Positions 10,382-20,658 are shown, counted from the first letter of the stretch. The stretch: 64,000 bases of DNA from Bacteriovoracaceae bacterium (GCA_048270185.1 JBLWTJ010000001.1:1536001-1600000); one strand, 5' to 3'. The notes: a model not told the origin generated them from the sequence alone. Numbers and translations are program-made.

Positions 10382-11062
10382 TTAGTATTCGCGAGCAACT
10401 GGCTGTTTAATTAATGAACTATTTAAGTCGATTATATGTCTCTTACCATTAATCAAGACCATCCATACATTAGTTGATGAGTTCTTCACATTTAAGCATG
10501 TGTAATCATAATTTGCACAACTCATATTTTCAACGTAACGGTAATATGTATTTCCGAAGACTTTATATAGATTTCCATTATTTTTAGCATTATCAACTGC
10601 AGTCGCTAATGTATTAGCAATTTCGCCAAGATTATTACCCATATAGGCATCTTCAGAAAAACTTAGGTTCCCATATTGCCAGTGATAAACATCTCTTACG
10701 ATCTCACCGTTATCTCTTAACTCTCTAACTCCAATAGAGCTGCTATAGTATGAGCTCGATGAGCTTGAAGAGTAAGTACAAACAGTAAAGATTCCCCACT
10801 TCTTCTCACAATTTGAGTCTGAAGATGAAGCACTTGCTTTAGGAAATGGGTACATTCCAGCAGTTGAGCTTTCTTTAAAGTTATTATTTCGAATAGCATT
10901 TGAAAGTGCCGCTGCTGTACTGACATTAGAAGCAAGGCCATTTGAAGCACCGCCGTTAATATTAAATGGATTAGCTACTCCACCACCACCGTCAGATCCA
11001 CATCCAACTAGTGAAGCAAGAAGAAGCACTGATAAAAGTGTGTTCTTAAGGTTGATTTTCAT
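10382..11062 (-). CDS. Hypothetical lipoprotein
   Basis: Lipobox LVGC after a hydrophobic stretch; Gly/Ser-rich linkers. Confidence 0.8.
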   Translation of the reverse strand: MKINLKNTLLSVLLLASLVGCGSDGGGGVANPFNINGGASNGLASNVSTAAALSNAIRNNNFKESSTAGMYPFPKASASSSDSNCEKKWGIFTVCTYSSSSSSSYYSSSIGVRELRDNGEIVRDVYHWQYGNLSFSEDAYMGNNLGEIANTLATAVDNAKNNGNLYKVFGNTYYRYVENMSCANYDYTCLNVKNSSTNVWMVLINGKRHIIDLNSSLIKQPVAREY

Positions 11063-11255
11063 AATATTCTCCGTTTTGTGTGTTTTTTAATTATTTGCCT
11101 ATATATATACAAGTTGCGTGCCAAGTTTTATGATGTGATAACGGGCAATTAGAAAGATCGCACTGTTTAAAAAGTGAACACTGAGTGGTAATTTGTCTAA
11201 AATATAAATACTTCTATAAGCTGACTTTGTAGAAAATATTGACGAGGAAGAACGC

Positions 11256-12779
11256 ATGTCGATTAAGAATATTAGTAAGAAGGCCCTTTTAGTCATTCTA
11301 GATGGCTTTGGAATTAGTGAGAATCATGAGAAGAATGCGATTCGTGATGCAAGAACACCTCATTTGGATGAACTGTTTAAAGATTATCCATACACGACCA
11401 TTCAGGCCGGTGGAGTTCTAGTAGGTCTTCCTAAAGGTGTTGTCGGTAATTCAGAAGTCGGTCATATGAACCTTGGAGCCGGTAGGGCCATACGCCAAGA
11501 CCTCGTTAGAATCAATGAAGCAATCGAAAATAAAACATTTAATACAATGCCAATGCTAAAAGAATTAATAGCAAAGGCCAAATCAAATAATAATCGAGTC
11601 CACTTATTAGGACTTCTATCTGATGGTGGAATTCATTCACATATTGAGCATACAAAAGAAATCATTAAATCACTTAGGGCCGAAGGGATCGAAGTATATC
11701 TTCACGCTTTTATGGATGGCCGAGACACGCCACCAGCATGTGGTGAAATGTACTTAAAAGAAATAGTAGGATTTGAAGGCTCTCACTTTGCTTCAATGCA
11801 AGGACGCTCTATTGGAATGGATCGTGATCGTCGCTGGGAGAAAATAAAACTCGCCTACGATATGTATCTCGGTAACGGTGATATTACAGATAGTGACCCT
11901 ATATCATTTTTAAAAAGTGAATATGAAAATGGCCGTACTGATGAATTCATTACACCAACTCTTTTTAATGAAAACTATGCAATTAAAGAAGGAGATTGTG
12001 TCTTCTTCACAAATTATAGGCCTGATCGTGCCATTCAAATGACGACAGCATTTTGCTACCCTGAATTCAAAGAGTTCGAAAGGCCATTCTTTCCGGCCAT
12101 GTATCTTTGTATGACTCCCTTTATACCTGATGAAATGGAGCTTCCTATTTTATTTGATAAAGAAAAATTAAAAGGAACAATGACGGAGTACTTAAGTGAG
12201 ATCGGACTTAAGCAATTAAAAATTGCTGAAACAGAAAAATACGCTCACGTTACTTACTTCTTTAATGGTGGAGAAAAGAAAACCTTTAATAATGAAGAAC
12301 ACTTCCTTATTCCTTCGCCTAAAGAAGTTTCGACATATGACCAAAAACCACAAATGAGTGCCCCACAAGTTGCAGATAAATTAGTGGAGTGCTTATCTGA
12401 TTTTGACTTTAGTGTCGTGAACTTTGCCAACTCAGACATGGTCGGTCACACAGGAAATTACGAAGCAGCAGTTAGTGCAATCGAAACACTCGATGAGTGC
12501 GTTGCTAAACTTGTAAAAAAATGTGAAGCCGAGGGAATCACTATGATCATTACAGCAGACCATGGCAATAGTGATCAAATGGTACACAAAGACGGAACAC
12601 CACATACTGCTCACACAGGAGCACCAGTTCCATTCTGTGTTATCCATGAAAAATTAAAGAATAAAGCTTTTACAATTGCACCTGGTGAGCATTCGCTAAT
12701 GGATGTTTCACCAACATGTTTATATATTATGGGGATTGATCAACCAGCAACATTTACTGGTCATCACATTTTTGAGTAG
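11256..12779 (+). CDS. gpmI: 2,3-bisphosphoglycerate-independent phosphoglycerate mutase
   Basis: ILDGFG, GNSEVGH, DGRDT, MDRDRRW, AETEKYAHVT, DMVGHTG, TADHGN. Confidence 0.97.
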   Translation: MSIKNISKKALLVILDGFGISENHEKNAIRDARTPHLDELFKDYPYTTIQAGGVLVGLPKGVVGNSEVGHMNLGAGRAIRQDLVRINEAIENKTFNTMPMLKELIAKAKSNNNRVHLLGLLSDGGIHSHIEHTKEIIKSLRAEGIEVYLHAFMDGRDTPPACGEMYLKEIVGFEGSHFASMQGRSIGMDRDRRWEKIKLAYDMYLGNGDITDSDPISFLKSEYENGRTDEFITPTLFNENYAIKEGDCVFFTNYRPDRAIQMTTAFCYPEFKEFERPFFPAMYLCMTPFIPDEMELPILFDKEKLKGTMTEYLSEIGLKQLKIAETEKYAHVTYFFNGGEKKTFNNEEHFLIPSPKEVSTYDQKPQMSAPQVADKLVECLSDFDFSVVNFANSDMVGHTGNYEAAVSAIETLDECVAKLVKKCEAEGITMIITADHGNSDQMVHKDGTPHTAHTGAPVPFCVIHEKLKNKAFTIAPGEHSLMDVSPTCLYIMGIDQPATFTGHHIFE

Positions 12780-12787
12780 GGATTTTT

Positions 12788-13789
12788 ATGAACGCTAAAT
12801 CTGAGAAAAAAATTAAATCAATTGCTGTCCTCTGTAGTGGTGGTGATAGCCCTGGAATGAATTGTGCCATTCGTGCAGTTGTTAGAACTTGCCTGTCTCA
12901 TGGAATTGAAATCTACGGTATTCGTCGTGGTTATGCAGGACTATTAGAAGGATCACACCATAAGATGGATGCGGCCAGTGTTGGAAATATTCTTCAAAAA
13001 GGTGGAACCATTCTACAAACATCTCGTTGCCCTGAGTTTATGAAAGCTGAGATTAGAACAGAGGCTGCTCATATACTTAAAAGAAAAGGAATTGATGCTC
13101 TTGTCGTGATTGGTGGAAATGGATCATTTAATGGTGCTTGGGCCCTTCACAAAGAACACGGAATCCCTGTGGTAGGTATCCCTGGAACAATCGATAATGA
13201 TATTGAAGGTACTGATTATACCATTGGCTTTGATACAGCAGTTCAAACGGCGATTGAAGCAGTCGATAAGATTCGCGATACGGCCCACTCACATGACCGT
13301 ACTTTTATTGTTGAAGTTATGGGAAGAAAATCTCCGGCCATCGCTCTTCATGTTGGACTTTGCACAGGTGCTGAAAATATTGTCTTTCCAGTTCAAGAAG
13401 AAAGTGAAGTCGATATAAAAACAATAGCAAAAGATATAAAGCGTGGACTTAGAAGAGGAAAAGGATCATCGATCATTATAACGGCCGAAGGTGAAACAGA
13501 AGGTCTTTCTCGCTATGTTCACAATAAACTTTTAGAAGATCACGATATCGACTCACGCGTATGTATTCTTGGCCATATTCAAAGAGGTGGAAACCCAACT
13601 GGACGAGATCGTTTTATGGCCACTCAAATGGGACACCTTGCAATTAAATCACTACTGAATGGTGAGACAGCAATTGTAACTGCTGTTCAAGACGGACAAG
13701 TTGTTGCAGCTAACTTCGAAAATTGTTTAGGCAAAAAGTTTGAGGTTGAAGAAAAATATGTTGAGATTGTAAAAACATTATCGAAGTAA
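12788..13789 (+). CDS. pfkA: ATP-dependent 6-phosphofructokinase
   Basis: SGGDSPGMN, GGTIL, PGTIDND, VEVMGR, LGHIQRGG. Confidence 0.97.
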   Translation: MNAKSEKKIKSIAVLCSGGDSPGMNCAIRAVVRTCLSHGIEIYGIRRGYAGLLEGSHHKMDAASVGNILQKGGTILQTSRCPEFMKAEIRTEAAHILKRKGIDALVVIGGNGSFNGAWALHKEHGIPVVGIPGTIDNDIEGTDYTIGFDTAVQTAIEAVDKIRDTAHSHDRTFIVEVMGRKSPAIALHVGLCTGAENIVFPVQEESEVDIKTIAKDIKRGLRRGKGSSIIITAEGETEGLSRYVHNKLLEDHDIDSRVCILGHIQRGGNPTGRDRFMATQMGHLAIKSLLNGETAIVTAVQDGQVVAANFENCLGKKFEVEEKYVEIVKTLSK

Positions 13790-13794
13790 AACTT

Positions 13795-15369
13795 ATGACT
13801 ATATCGACTAACGAAAGAAAACTCTTTTTCATTTTTGCTCTTTTATTTTCAATTTTCTATTTATGGGATATTGGGAATCTAAGTGCACCGAGACAAGGGA
13901 CAGAGTCCCTCTATGTTCAGATATCACAAGAAATGTATGATACAAATAATGTGATGACTCCTCACTACAGAGGCGAACGTCACTGGTCAAAGCCACCTTT
14001 TCATTTCTGGCTTCCTTACCCTCTTTATTTTCTAAGTGGATCATCTTCATTAACAGGAGCAAGAGCGGCCATTGCAATTATAACAATTGTTCTAGGAATA
14101 CTTACGGCAGTTTGGTTAAAAAGAAGATTTCAAATCAAGCCTCTTCTTTCCCTCGCTTTCTTCTTAGGAAGTTACGGAGCAATAAAATTTGGCCGAACAT
14201 TTATGATGGAAACGTCTCTTGCACTTCTTCCATTCGTAAGTTCACTCTTTCTCTTTGACTATTTAAAGTCTAAATCGAAGAAGCATTTCCTCTTGGCAAT
14301 CTTATTTGGAGCAGCTGGTGCTTTAATAAAAGGACCAGTAACAATTGTCATGAGCTTTTTGGCCATGTCACTTTATCAGTTATTCTTACTAAAGAAAGAA
14401 AAGCGATACATTATTAAAGAATGTTTCTTCTACTTTTTCTCAATTACAGTACTTAGCTGTCTTTGGTATTTAATAAGTTATATCAATTATGGTGATGAAT
14501 TCTTTAATTATTTCTTCTTAAGAGAGAATGTTGGTAAGTTTGATCAAGTACCAATGCCAATGATTAAGGTTTTTCAAGGATTACTACTCTATTCTCTACC
14601 ATGGATTTTTGTCCTTCCATTTTGCTGGAAAAAAATTATTGAGAATTTCAAAACTCTAAATAGTGAAAGTTTTTACTTCTTTTTCCACTTTGTGTGCTTC
14701 TTTGTCGTTTGGCTAATTCCGGCCCAGAGATCACACCACTATGCAATACCAGCGATCCCATTCTTTATGGCCTATATTCTACTTCAATTAGACTTAGAAA
14801 AAGTAAGAGAGCATAGCCTAAAGTTAACGTTAGCATTTCTACCAATGAATCTTCTATTCTTAGTATTGGGCCTCATCTTACTTTACTTTTCAGATGGATC
14901 GACGATTTTTGCTAATATAGTTTTTGTTGGTTTCATTATTGCCGCCAATATCTTCATGCTTAAAAAGAAAGTTCTTATTGGTTTTAACTTAATAGGAATC
15001 TACTTTATATTTATGTGGTCGATTGTCATTTCTCAATTCTATATTCCAGCTGTACCTGAAAAAGCGAAGGCTCTATTTGAGAATAAGAAAGTTGCCCTCG
15101 TTGACCGAAGATCTTACTTCTACGAGCAGTCACTTGACATGAATGTTGAGCCAATTAAGAAAGAGCAAGTTAATACTTTCCTAGATGATGATACTAAACT
15201 TGTTATTGCAGCAACATCAAAGGTCACAAATGAGATTATTCAATCTCATACAATTGTTGTGAAATGGAAGAAGTGGAAAAGAAAAGTTAAATGGCCCCAT
15301 ATAAAAGAGGCCATTCTCATGCGCTCGTACGAGCCAATGAAAGAAAACGTCTACTTGCTTTCAAAATAG
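13795..15369 (+). CDS. ArnT/PMT-family (GT39/GT83) membrane glycosyltransferase
   Basis: Many TM helices; E..Y...S.EM, KPPFHFW and LIKGPV motifs. Confidence 0.85.
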   Translation: MTISTNERKLFFIFALLFSIFYLWDIGNLSAPRQGTESLYVQISQEMYDTNNVMTPHYRGERHWSKPPFHFWLPYPLYFLSGSSSLTGARAAIAIITIVLGILTAVWLKRRFQIKPLLSLAFFLGSYGAIKFGRTFMMETSLALLPFVSSLFLFDYLKSKSKKHFLLAILFGAAGALIKGPVTIVMSFLAMSLYQLFLLKKEKRYIIKECFFYFFSITVLSCLWYLISYINYGDEFFNYFFLRENVGKFDQVPMPMIKVFQGLLLYSLPWIFVLPFCWKKIIENFKTLNSESFYFFFHFVCFFVVWLIPAQRSHHYAIPAIPFFMAYILLQLDLEKVREHSLKLTLAFLPMNLLFLVLGLILLYFSDGSTIFANIVFVGFIIAANIFMLKKKVLIGFNLIGIYFIFMWSIVISQFYIPAVPEKAKALFENKKVALVDRRSYFYEQSLDMNVEPIKKEQVNTFLDDDTKLVIAATSKVTNEIIQSHTIVVKWKKWKRKVKWPHIKEAILMRSYEPMKENVYLLSK

Positions 15370-16103
15370 TGTTTTGTAATCATCTTTAAAATCCAATCTG
15401 GATCATCAATAGGTAAATCATGTCCCGCTTGTTCGTGAAGTTCAAGCGTGGCATTTAGCCTTTTAGCAATTTCGATACTACATTGATAATGAGCAAGTTT
15501 ATCTTTTTTCCCTGCTAGCACAAGTGTATCGGTTTTAACTTTCTTCGGTAATTTATAATGAGAAGCTGCAAAGACTTGTCTTAAGAAATTTAGACGATTA
15601 ATAGGACGATCCTCAAATAAATCAGTGTAAAGATCGAGTAGCTCATCATCAATCTCTCCCATCTTTACAGTTAGGCCTAGAACATTTTTTTCACGATCAC
15701 GTGTATTAGTATTAAAGATTGCTTTTGAGAATGTTCCAATTGCTTCAAATGAAAGTCTTCGGTAAACCGGAGCGACATCTCGAGTTGAGGTATTTATAAG
15801 GACGGTCTTAGTAAAATCGTCTTCAAAGCGGTCCGTCCAATCCAGGGCCATCATTCCTCCCATTGAGATTGCAATGACACCCCATTCTCCAGGATGCTCT
15901 TCTTTCATCTTAAGCCATTCTGATCTAAGATCATCAACGTATTGTGAAATTTTTAAGGGAGACTTCTTTTCGTTCTTCGAGCCTACTCCAAGATAATCAA
16001 TCGTGAATACATTCTCACAACCTTTCAAGTTTTTAATTTTATCAGGGAATGTATGCCAATGGCGGCCCTCTCTTGCCAGTCCTCTAAGTAGTAACCAATT
16101 CAT
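15351..16103 (-). CDS. Alpha/beta hydrolase
   Basis: WLLLRGLARE, nucleophile elbow AISMGG, GHDLPIDD. Confidence 0.9.
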   Translation of the reverse strand: MNWLLLRGLAREGRHWHTFPDKIKNLKGCENVFTIDYLGVGSKNEKKSPLKISQYVDDLRSEWLKMKEEHPGEWGVIAISMGGMMALDWTDRFEDDFTKTVLINTSTRDVAPVYRRLSFEAIGTFSKAIFNTNTRDREKNVLGLTVKMGEIDDELLDLYTDLFEDRPINRLNFLRQVFAASHYKLPKKVKTDTLVLAGKKDKLAHYQCSIEIAKRLNATLELHEQAGHDLPIDDPDWILKMITKHYFESK

Positions 16104-16121
16104 TACAATATTCCTTATCTT

Positions 16122-17081
16122 TTATTTCTTAATCCATGCTTTAGAGCTACCAACTGCTCTAAAGAGAAATTTAATTAGCATAATATGTCTTCTCATCGTG
16201 CGATCATAGCGATGAGACTTTAGAGGATTAAATAGTCCTCCACGCATAAAAATCTGTAATGGGTTCTTCTTAACCCAAATCCAACTTCCCATTTCAAGAG
16301 TTAATGGAAGATAGACTCCATCAGGATTAACCTTTAAATACTCATCATAAAGATAATCCCAAGCATCACCTTGGATAGTATAACTCTCACTCGTCGGTTC
16401 AATCTTATAAATATGATGAGGGTGAGTTTCACTTAAGAGCTGCTCTAGGTTTTGCATCTCTCTTATATGCTTAAATGGTTCAAGAGTTCTTGCATATGGA
16501 TACCAGAGACGATCTTTTAGGCCAAAGCCAGAGTGAAAATCCACTGAGATAGCACTCTTTGCTGAAAAGATCTTTTCTTTAACAAAGTCGACGACACACT
16601 GAAGCTCATGCTCCATTGGTGCATCTAACTCTCCTTGATACCACGGAAGTTTGCGAGACACTCTTTGCCCTGACAACAGAAACTTAGTCTTTCCATCGGT
16701 AACTGATGGTGAATTTCTCATGAGGTCCACGTCATTATGATTTGAGCGACGATGATGGTACATGCCCCACGGATTGATTAATGGTATTGATATAATTCTG
16801 AACTTTTCTAAACTTCGTCTCAGTTCTTCATCCCAAGACATTTGCTTAAATAGTGATGTTAGATATGTGACGACAACTTGAGTTCCAACTTTCTCCAGTC
16901 CGTGAACTCCTCCAAAGAGTGCCAAAACTGGTGCAGTGGGATCTTGGCTTCCAATTTCAAAAAAGTGTATTGGATAACTTTCACCTTCGTGATTAACTCT
17001 TCCGATTTCACCACATTTAATCAAATCATCTTTGATGGAAGTTAATTCGCATATTGCATTTAACTCATCAAAGTCTTTCAC
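16122..17081 (-). CDS. M14 zinc carboxypeptidase-like protein
   Basis: GGVHGLE (HxxE), VDLMRN, DFHSG, TLEMG. Confidence 0.88.
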   Translation of the reverse strand: MKDFDELNAICELTSIKDDLIKCGEIGRVNHEGESYPIHFFEIGSQDPTAPVLALFGGVHGLEKVGTQVVVTYLTSLFKQMSWDEELRRSLEKFRIISIPLINPWGMYHHRRSNHNDVDLMRNSPSVTDGKTKFLLSGQRVSRKLPWYQGELDAPMEHELQCVVDFVKEKIFSAKSAISVDFHSGFGLKDRLWYPYARTLEPFKHIREMQNLEQLLSETHPHHIYKIEPTSESYTIQGDAWDYLYDEYLKVNPDGVYLPLTLEMGSWIWVKKNPLQIFMRGGLFNPLKSHRYDRTMRRHIMLIKFLFRAVGSSKAWIKK

Positions 17082-17083
17082 AT

Positions 17084-17764
17084 TTAAGACCTTTGAAATG
17101 TTTTCTGATTATATGGAAATAAGAAGATAACAAAGAACATGGCACAACCAACAAGTTCTCCTACTTCACCTTTTTTTCCGTGATCAATCAAACTCACAAG
17201 AATAAACATCAGAAGATAGAATGCCGTGTGAAGAAGCTTCGGAACAGGAACAGCAAAGTCATCAACAAGATATTGAACAAATCCTATAGCGCGGTAAAGG
17301 AATGGCAGGATTAAAACATAAACTCCGATGAAGATACCAATCAACAGTCCAAAGATTACTTTATTCACTCTAAAATCTCCAAATTGAAGATTATGTAGAG
17401 TGATATCGTTTTGAGTATTATATTGTTGAAAAAATTCTGGAGCACCTAGATTAAAAATTCTTTGTCCCCACGCAATTTCTTCACCGAAACCAAAGAAGAA
17501 AAGTGCAGCAAAGGCCAGAAGTGAGAACTTAAAGATCTTTGATTTGCCATCTTTAATTGTGAAGTAGCGCCATAAGCATAGAATAGAAACAAGTAGTAGA
17601 TAAACTGCTTGCTGAATTTCTAAGAATCCATCTTCAACAGTATAAACACCTGAGAACCACTCAGGGTTTGACTTCGCAAAGTACATTCCAAAGAACACCA
17701 TATGTGCAATGGATGTCATAATTATCGCTTCTACAATTCCAATCTTATCTTTAAATACGCTCAT
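17084..17764 (-). CDS. Multi-pass membrane protein (EExSWGQR family), paralogue of 3722-4402
   Basis: EDGFLE, GEEIAWGQR, TLHN motifs; ATG at 17764. Confidence 0.8.
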   Translation of the reverse strand: MSVFKDKIGIVEAIIMTSIAHMVFFGMYFAKSNPEWFSGVYTVEDGFLEIQQAVYLLLVSILCLWRYFTIKDGKSKIFKFSLLAFAALFFFGFGEEIAWGQRIFNLGAPEFFQQYNTQNDITLHNLQFGDFRVNKVIFGLLIGIFIGVYVLILPFLYRAIGFVQYLVDDFAVPVPKLLHTAFYLLMFILVSLIDHGKKGEVGELVGCAMFFVIFLFPYNQKTFQRS

Positions 17765-17770
17765 TTGTGC

Positions 17771-17799
17771 ATTATAGACATCTCTACGACTGATGGCAA
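17771..17799 (-). promoter_or_regulatory. Sigma70-type promoter, probably leaderless
   Basis: TTGCCA-17 nt-TATAAT, 6 nt before the ATG at 17764. Confidence 0.6.
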
Positions 17800-17827
17800 T
17801 ATTAGGCATTCATGACACGCCGCCAAT

Positions 17828-19102
17828 TTAGGAACATTTTGGTAGTTCACTCCAACCAGTTACAAATCGATTTGATAATTTTTCACGGCGCATTTTCCAG
17901 GATTCATTATCAACACCACAGGCCATGGAACGAATCATTCCACTACCCTCTCTTCGATTAATTTCATCCATGACTTGCATAAGCTTCATGGCCTTGGGGT
18001 CATCAAGTTCTTCAAATAAACTTTGCTGAATAATGTCGGAGTCACTGAAGTTACCTAGCTTTACTCCGGCCTTCTTAAAGGAGATCCCCATTTTAAAGAG
18101 GTCATCTAATGCGGCCCAGGCGTACTTTATAATTTTTCTCGTATCACTTGTCGGTCCCAAAAGCTTGACCTTGTCATGACCATAGTAAGGTGTTTGATCT
18201 AATTTATGAGGATCGCTTAAACAAAATATCTCAATGGTTGCACATAGGCTCTGTTGATCACGCATTTTTTCACTCGCATTCGTTGCATAGTTGGCCAAAG
18301 ATTCTCTTAGGCTTTTTAGATCAACTACACCTGAACTAAAGCTTCGCGAACATAGAATCTCTTTCTTCTTAGGCTGTACTTCAGTTAATTCGTGACAGTG
18401 AATACCGCGAAGCTCATCTTGGGTCATACGCCCAAGCTTCGTTAAAGTTCTTTGGATAACTTTTGTGTTGCGAAAGACCTTAAAGTCGTAGGCCGTCTTA
18501 ATCCCTAGACTTCTAAGCTTCACACTACTCTTTGCCCCAATCCCCCATATATCTGCAACAGGCGTTCTCTCAAGAGCAATATCTTGCAATCTTTCATCGA
18601 GAAGACACACCACTCCCTGGGCCTTTTGTGATTTCTTGCCAATATGATTAGCAATTTTAGCAAGTGTCTTAGTTGGTGCAACCCCAATGCTGACAGGTAT
18701 GCCCGTCCATTGTAAAACCGTTTGACGAATCTCTTGGCAATAGGCATTGAGATCTCCTACTACCCCCGTTAAATCCAAGAAAGCTTCATCAACAGAGTAA
18801 ACTTCCATCTTAGGAGCAAAACGAGAGAGAACATTCATCACCCGATCACTGATATTTGTATACAGAGAAAAATTAGAAGAAAAAACATGAACATTGTGTG
18901 ATTCACAAAGCCTCCTTACTTTAAAATAGGGATCTCCCATTTTTACACCTAGTGCTTTTAACTCAGGGGTACGAGAAACAAAGCACCCATCATTATTTGA
19001 TAAAACTCCTACCGGTTGATTGCGAATCTCCGGTCGGAATAATCTTTCGCAAGAACAAAAGAATGAATTGCAATCCACAAGGGCGTAGACTTTCTCACTC
19101 AT
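17828..19102 (-). CDS. umuC: Y-family DNA polymerase V catalytic subunit
   Basis: ALVDCNSFFCSCE, VLSNNDGC, YSVDEAF, C-terminal WKMRREKLS (DUF4113-like); ATGA overlap with umuD. Confidence 0.93.
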   Translation of the reverse strand: MSEKVYALVDCNSFFCSCERLFRPEIRNQPVGVLSNNDGCFVSRTPELKALGVKMGDPYFKVRRLCESHNVHVFSSNFSLYTNISDRVMNVLSRFAPKMEVYSVDEAFLDLTGVVGDLNAYCQEIRQTVLQWTGIPVSIGVAPTKTLAKIANHIGKKSQKAQGVVCLLDERLQDIALERTPVADIWGIGAKSSVKLRSLGIKTAYDFKVFRNTKVIQRTLTKLGRMTQDELRGIHCHELTEVQPKKKEILCSRSFSSGVVDLKSLRESLANYATNASEKMRDQQSLCATIEIFCLSDPHKLDQTPYYGHDKVKLLGPTSDTRKIIKYAWAALDDLFKMGISFKKAGVKLGNFSDSDIIQQSLFEELDDPKAMKLMQVMDEINRREGSGMIRSMACGVDNESWKMRREKLSNRFVTGWSELPKCS

Positions 19103-19482
19103 AGATCTTTCATATCCCTTGCGATAGCAGTAACTGATCCCCAAACGAGGAAATCCATGTCCTCTGTCACAATGATGTCGCGATGAAGTGGATTATGAGA
19201 ACGTAAAATGACTTGATCTCTTTCCACCACAAAGCGCTTACAAAGAAACTCCCCATCAAGATAAATCACGGCCACTTTTCCACTTCGAACTTCAATTGAG
19301 CGATCAATGACTAAGACATCTCCCGGCATAATGAGTGGCTCCATCGAATCTCCTTGCGCCTCAAAGTAGAAAGTCGCTGAGCGATTTTGCACGAAGCGCT
19401 CATCAAGAGATTGATAATTCTCAATATGATCTTCGCTAACGCCAAAGAGGCCACAATTTGCCTTCGGTAATTTCTTTTCCAT
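19099..19482 (-). CDS. umuD: UmuD-like S24 peptidase
   Basis: GDSM (Ser) and CKRF (Lys) dyad; Cys-Gly near the N-terminus as a candidate cleavage site; coupled to umuC. Confidence 0.88.
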   Translation of the reverse strand: MEKKLPKANCGLFGVSEDHIENYQSLDERFVQNRSATFYFEAQGDSMEPLIMPGDVLVIDRSIEVRSGKVAVIYLDGEFLCKRFVVERDQVILRSHNPLHRDIIVTEDMDFLVWGSVTAIARDMKDL

Positions 19483-19488
19483 ACACTC

Positions 19489-19517
19489 ATTATAACTTAC
19501 GCACAACTTACGCACAA
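19489..19517 (-). promoter_or_regulatory. umuDC promoter with an 11-bp tandem direct repeat
   Basis: TTGTGC-17 nt-TATAAT on the minus strand; AACTTACGCAC twice at 19494-19515. Confidence 0.65.
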
Positions 19518-19556
19518 GAAAAAGAATTAAATTCCATATTCAACTATTTCAATAAC

Positions 19557-20072
19557 TTAGCTGGCATCAGGAAAGCGAATAATCTCGTCTAAAGGAATGA
19601 AGTAGCTAAGTCCTCGCAAATCCTGAGTGTAGCTAGCAATCACCTTAAGCTTCATTGAATCCAGGCGCTCTAGAAATTCTTTTGAAGTTTCATCAAAGCG
19701 AAAAGGTTCAATACGGCCACGAGTTGAAATCCTTCCGGCACAAAGACAATCATTTAAGTTTTGAATGGGAAGAATCCCGGCCATGGACCAGTAAAGAATT
19801 AATAGTGGTAGCTCAAGCCAGCGATAGAGTTCATCTTTAGAACTTAAGGAGCCAAGAACTGTATTATCATCAATACAAAGAACGTAGCGTTTTGGGCTTA
19901 CCTTCATATTGTACTTCTTTGTGAGAAAGATAAATTTCTCCTTGATCGCCTTTCCCTTTGGGCCTAGACCTACGATCTCTAGTCCCGGTACTCCCTTTGA
20001 AGCATAACCATAAATCTCTGTAAGATGGCCCTTACCTCCAAGTGGAAGTAGACCTAGCATTTGTTTGTGCAT
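19557..20072 (-). CDS. Stand-alone ComM/YifB N-terminal-like domain protein
   Basis: GVPGLEIVGLG...IKE, ELPLL, AGRISTRGRI resemble the YifB/ComM N-terminus; no AAA+ domain; GGAGG RBS before the ATG at 20072. Confidence 0.6.
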   Translation of the reverse strand: MHKQMLGLLPLGGKGHLTEIYGYASKGVPGLEIVGLGPKGKAIKEKFIFLTKKYNMKVSPKRYVLCIDDNTVLGSLSSKDELYRWLELPLLILYWSMAGILPIQNLNDCLCAGRISTRGRIEPFRFDETSKEFLERLDSMKLKVIASYTQDLRGLSYFIPLDEIIRFPDAS

Positions 20073-20121
20073 ATATCCTCCAAGCAAAAAGATAAGTGCA
20101 AGCAAAGAAAATACTTAGAAG

Positions 20122-20607
20122 TTATAACTTATTAGAATGAGGGATCTTCGCCTTTGATTGATAAAAACATTTTAAGCGAGGGGGATAAATTTCTAGAATC
20201 ATCGAAGTGGATAACTCAAGAGAGTGAGCAAAGTTGGCCTTAATTGATTCACATGAGGCCTTGGTATCTTTGCAAAATGATGCATATTGATTTTCACAAA
20301 CGAGCTCAAGAATGACTGTATCAGAAAAATGACAAGCAACTTTACCATCAACTAAATCGAAGCGGCCCTTTGTGTAATTGGCCTCTTTTGCAAATTTAGC
20401 TTCACAGAATTTAGCAATTTCAAACTCTTTGCCCATGCAATCAATCATTGAAGAAGATTTCTTATCAACGAGAAGAGCGTTCTTAACACCAAAGAATTCA
20501 CAAACCTGAGAGTAGGTAAAAATCTTGCGATCAGCACCAGTAACTAACTCACTAGTAATAGAAGCGAATGTTGAGAATGTAAAAAGTAGAATTGCTATAT
20601 ATTTCAT
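20122..20607 (-). CDS. Secreted Cys-rich hypothetical protein
   Basis: Signal peptide, 8 Cys. Confidence 0.75.
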   Translation of the reverse strand: MKYIAILLFTFSTFASITSELVTGADRKIFTYSQVCEFFGVKNALLVDKKSSSMIDCMGKEFEIAKFCEAKFAKEANYTKGRFDLVDGKVACHFSDTVILELVCENQYASFCKDTKASCESIKANFAHSLELSTSMILEIYPPRLKCFYQSKAKIPHSNKL

Positions 20608-20640
20608 TAAAAAAAAACGCGCCCAATAACGGACGCGCCT
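20608..20640 (-). terminator. Terminator after gdh
   Basis: GCGCGTCC...GGGCGCG hairpin followed by T9 on the minus strand. Confidence 0.55.
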
Positions 20641-20658
20641 ATATAAAAAGATTAAATA

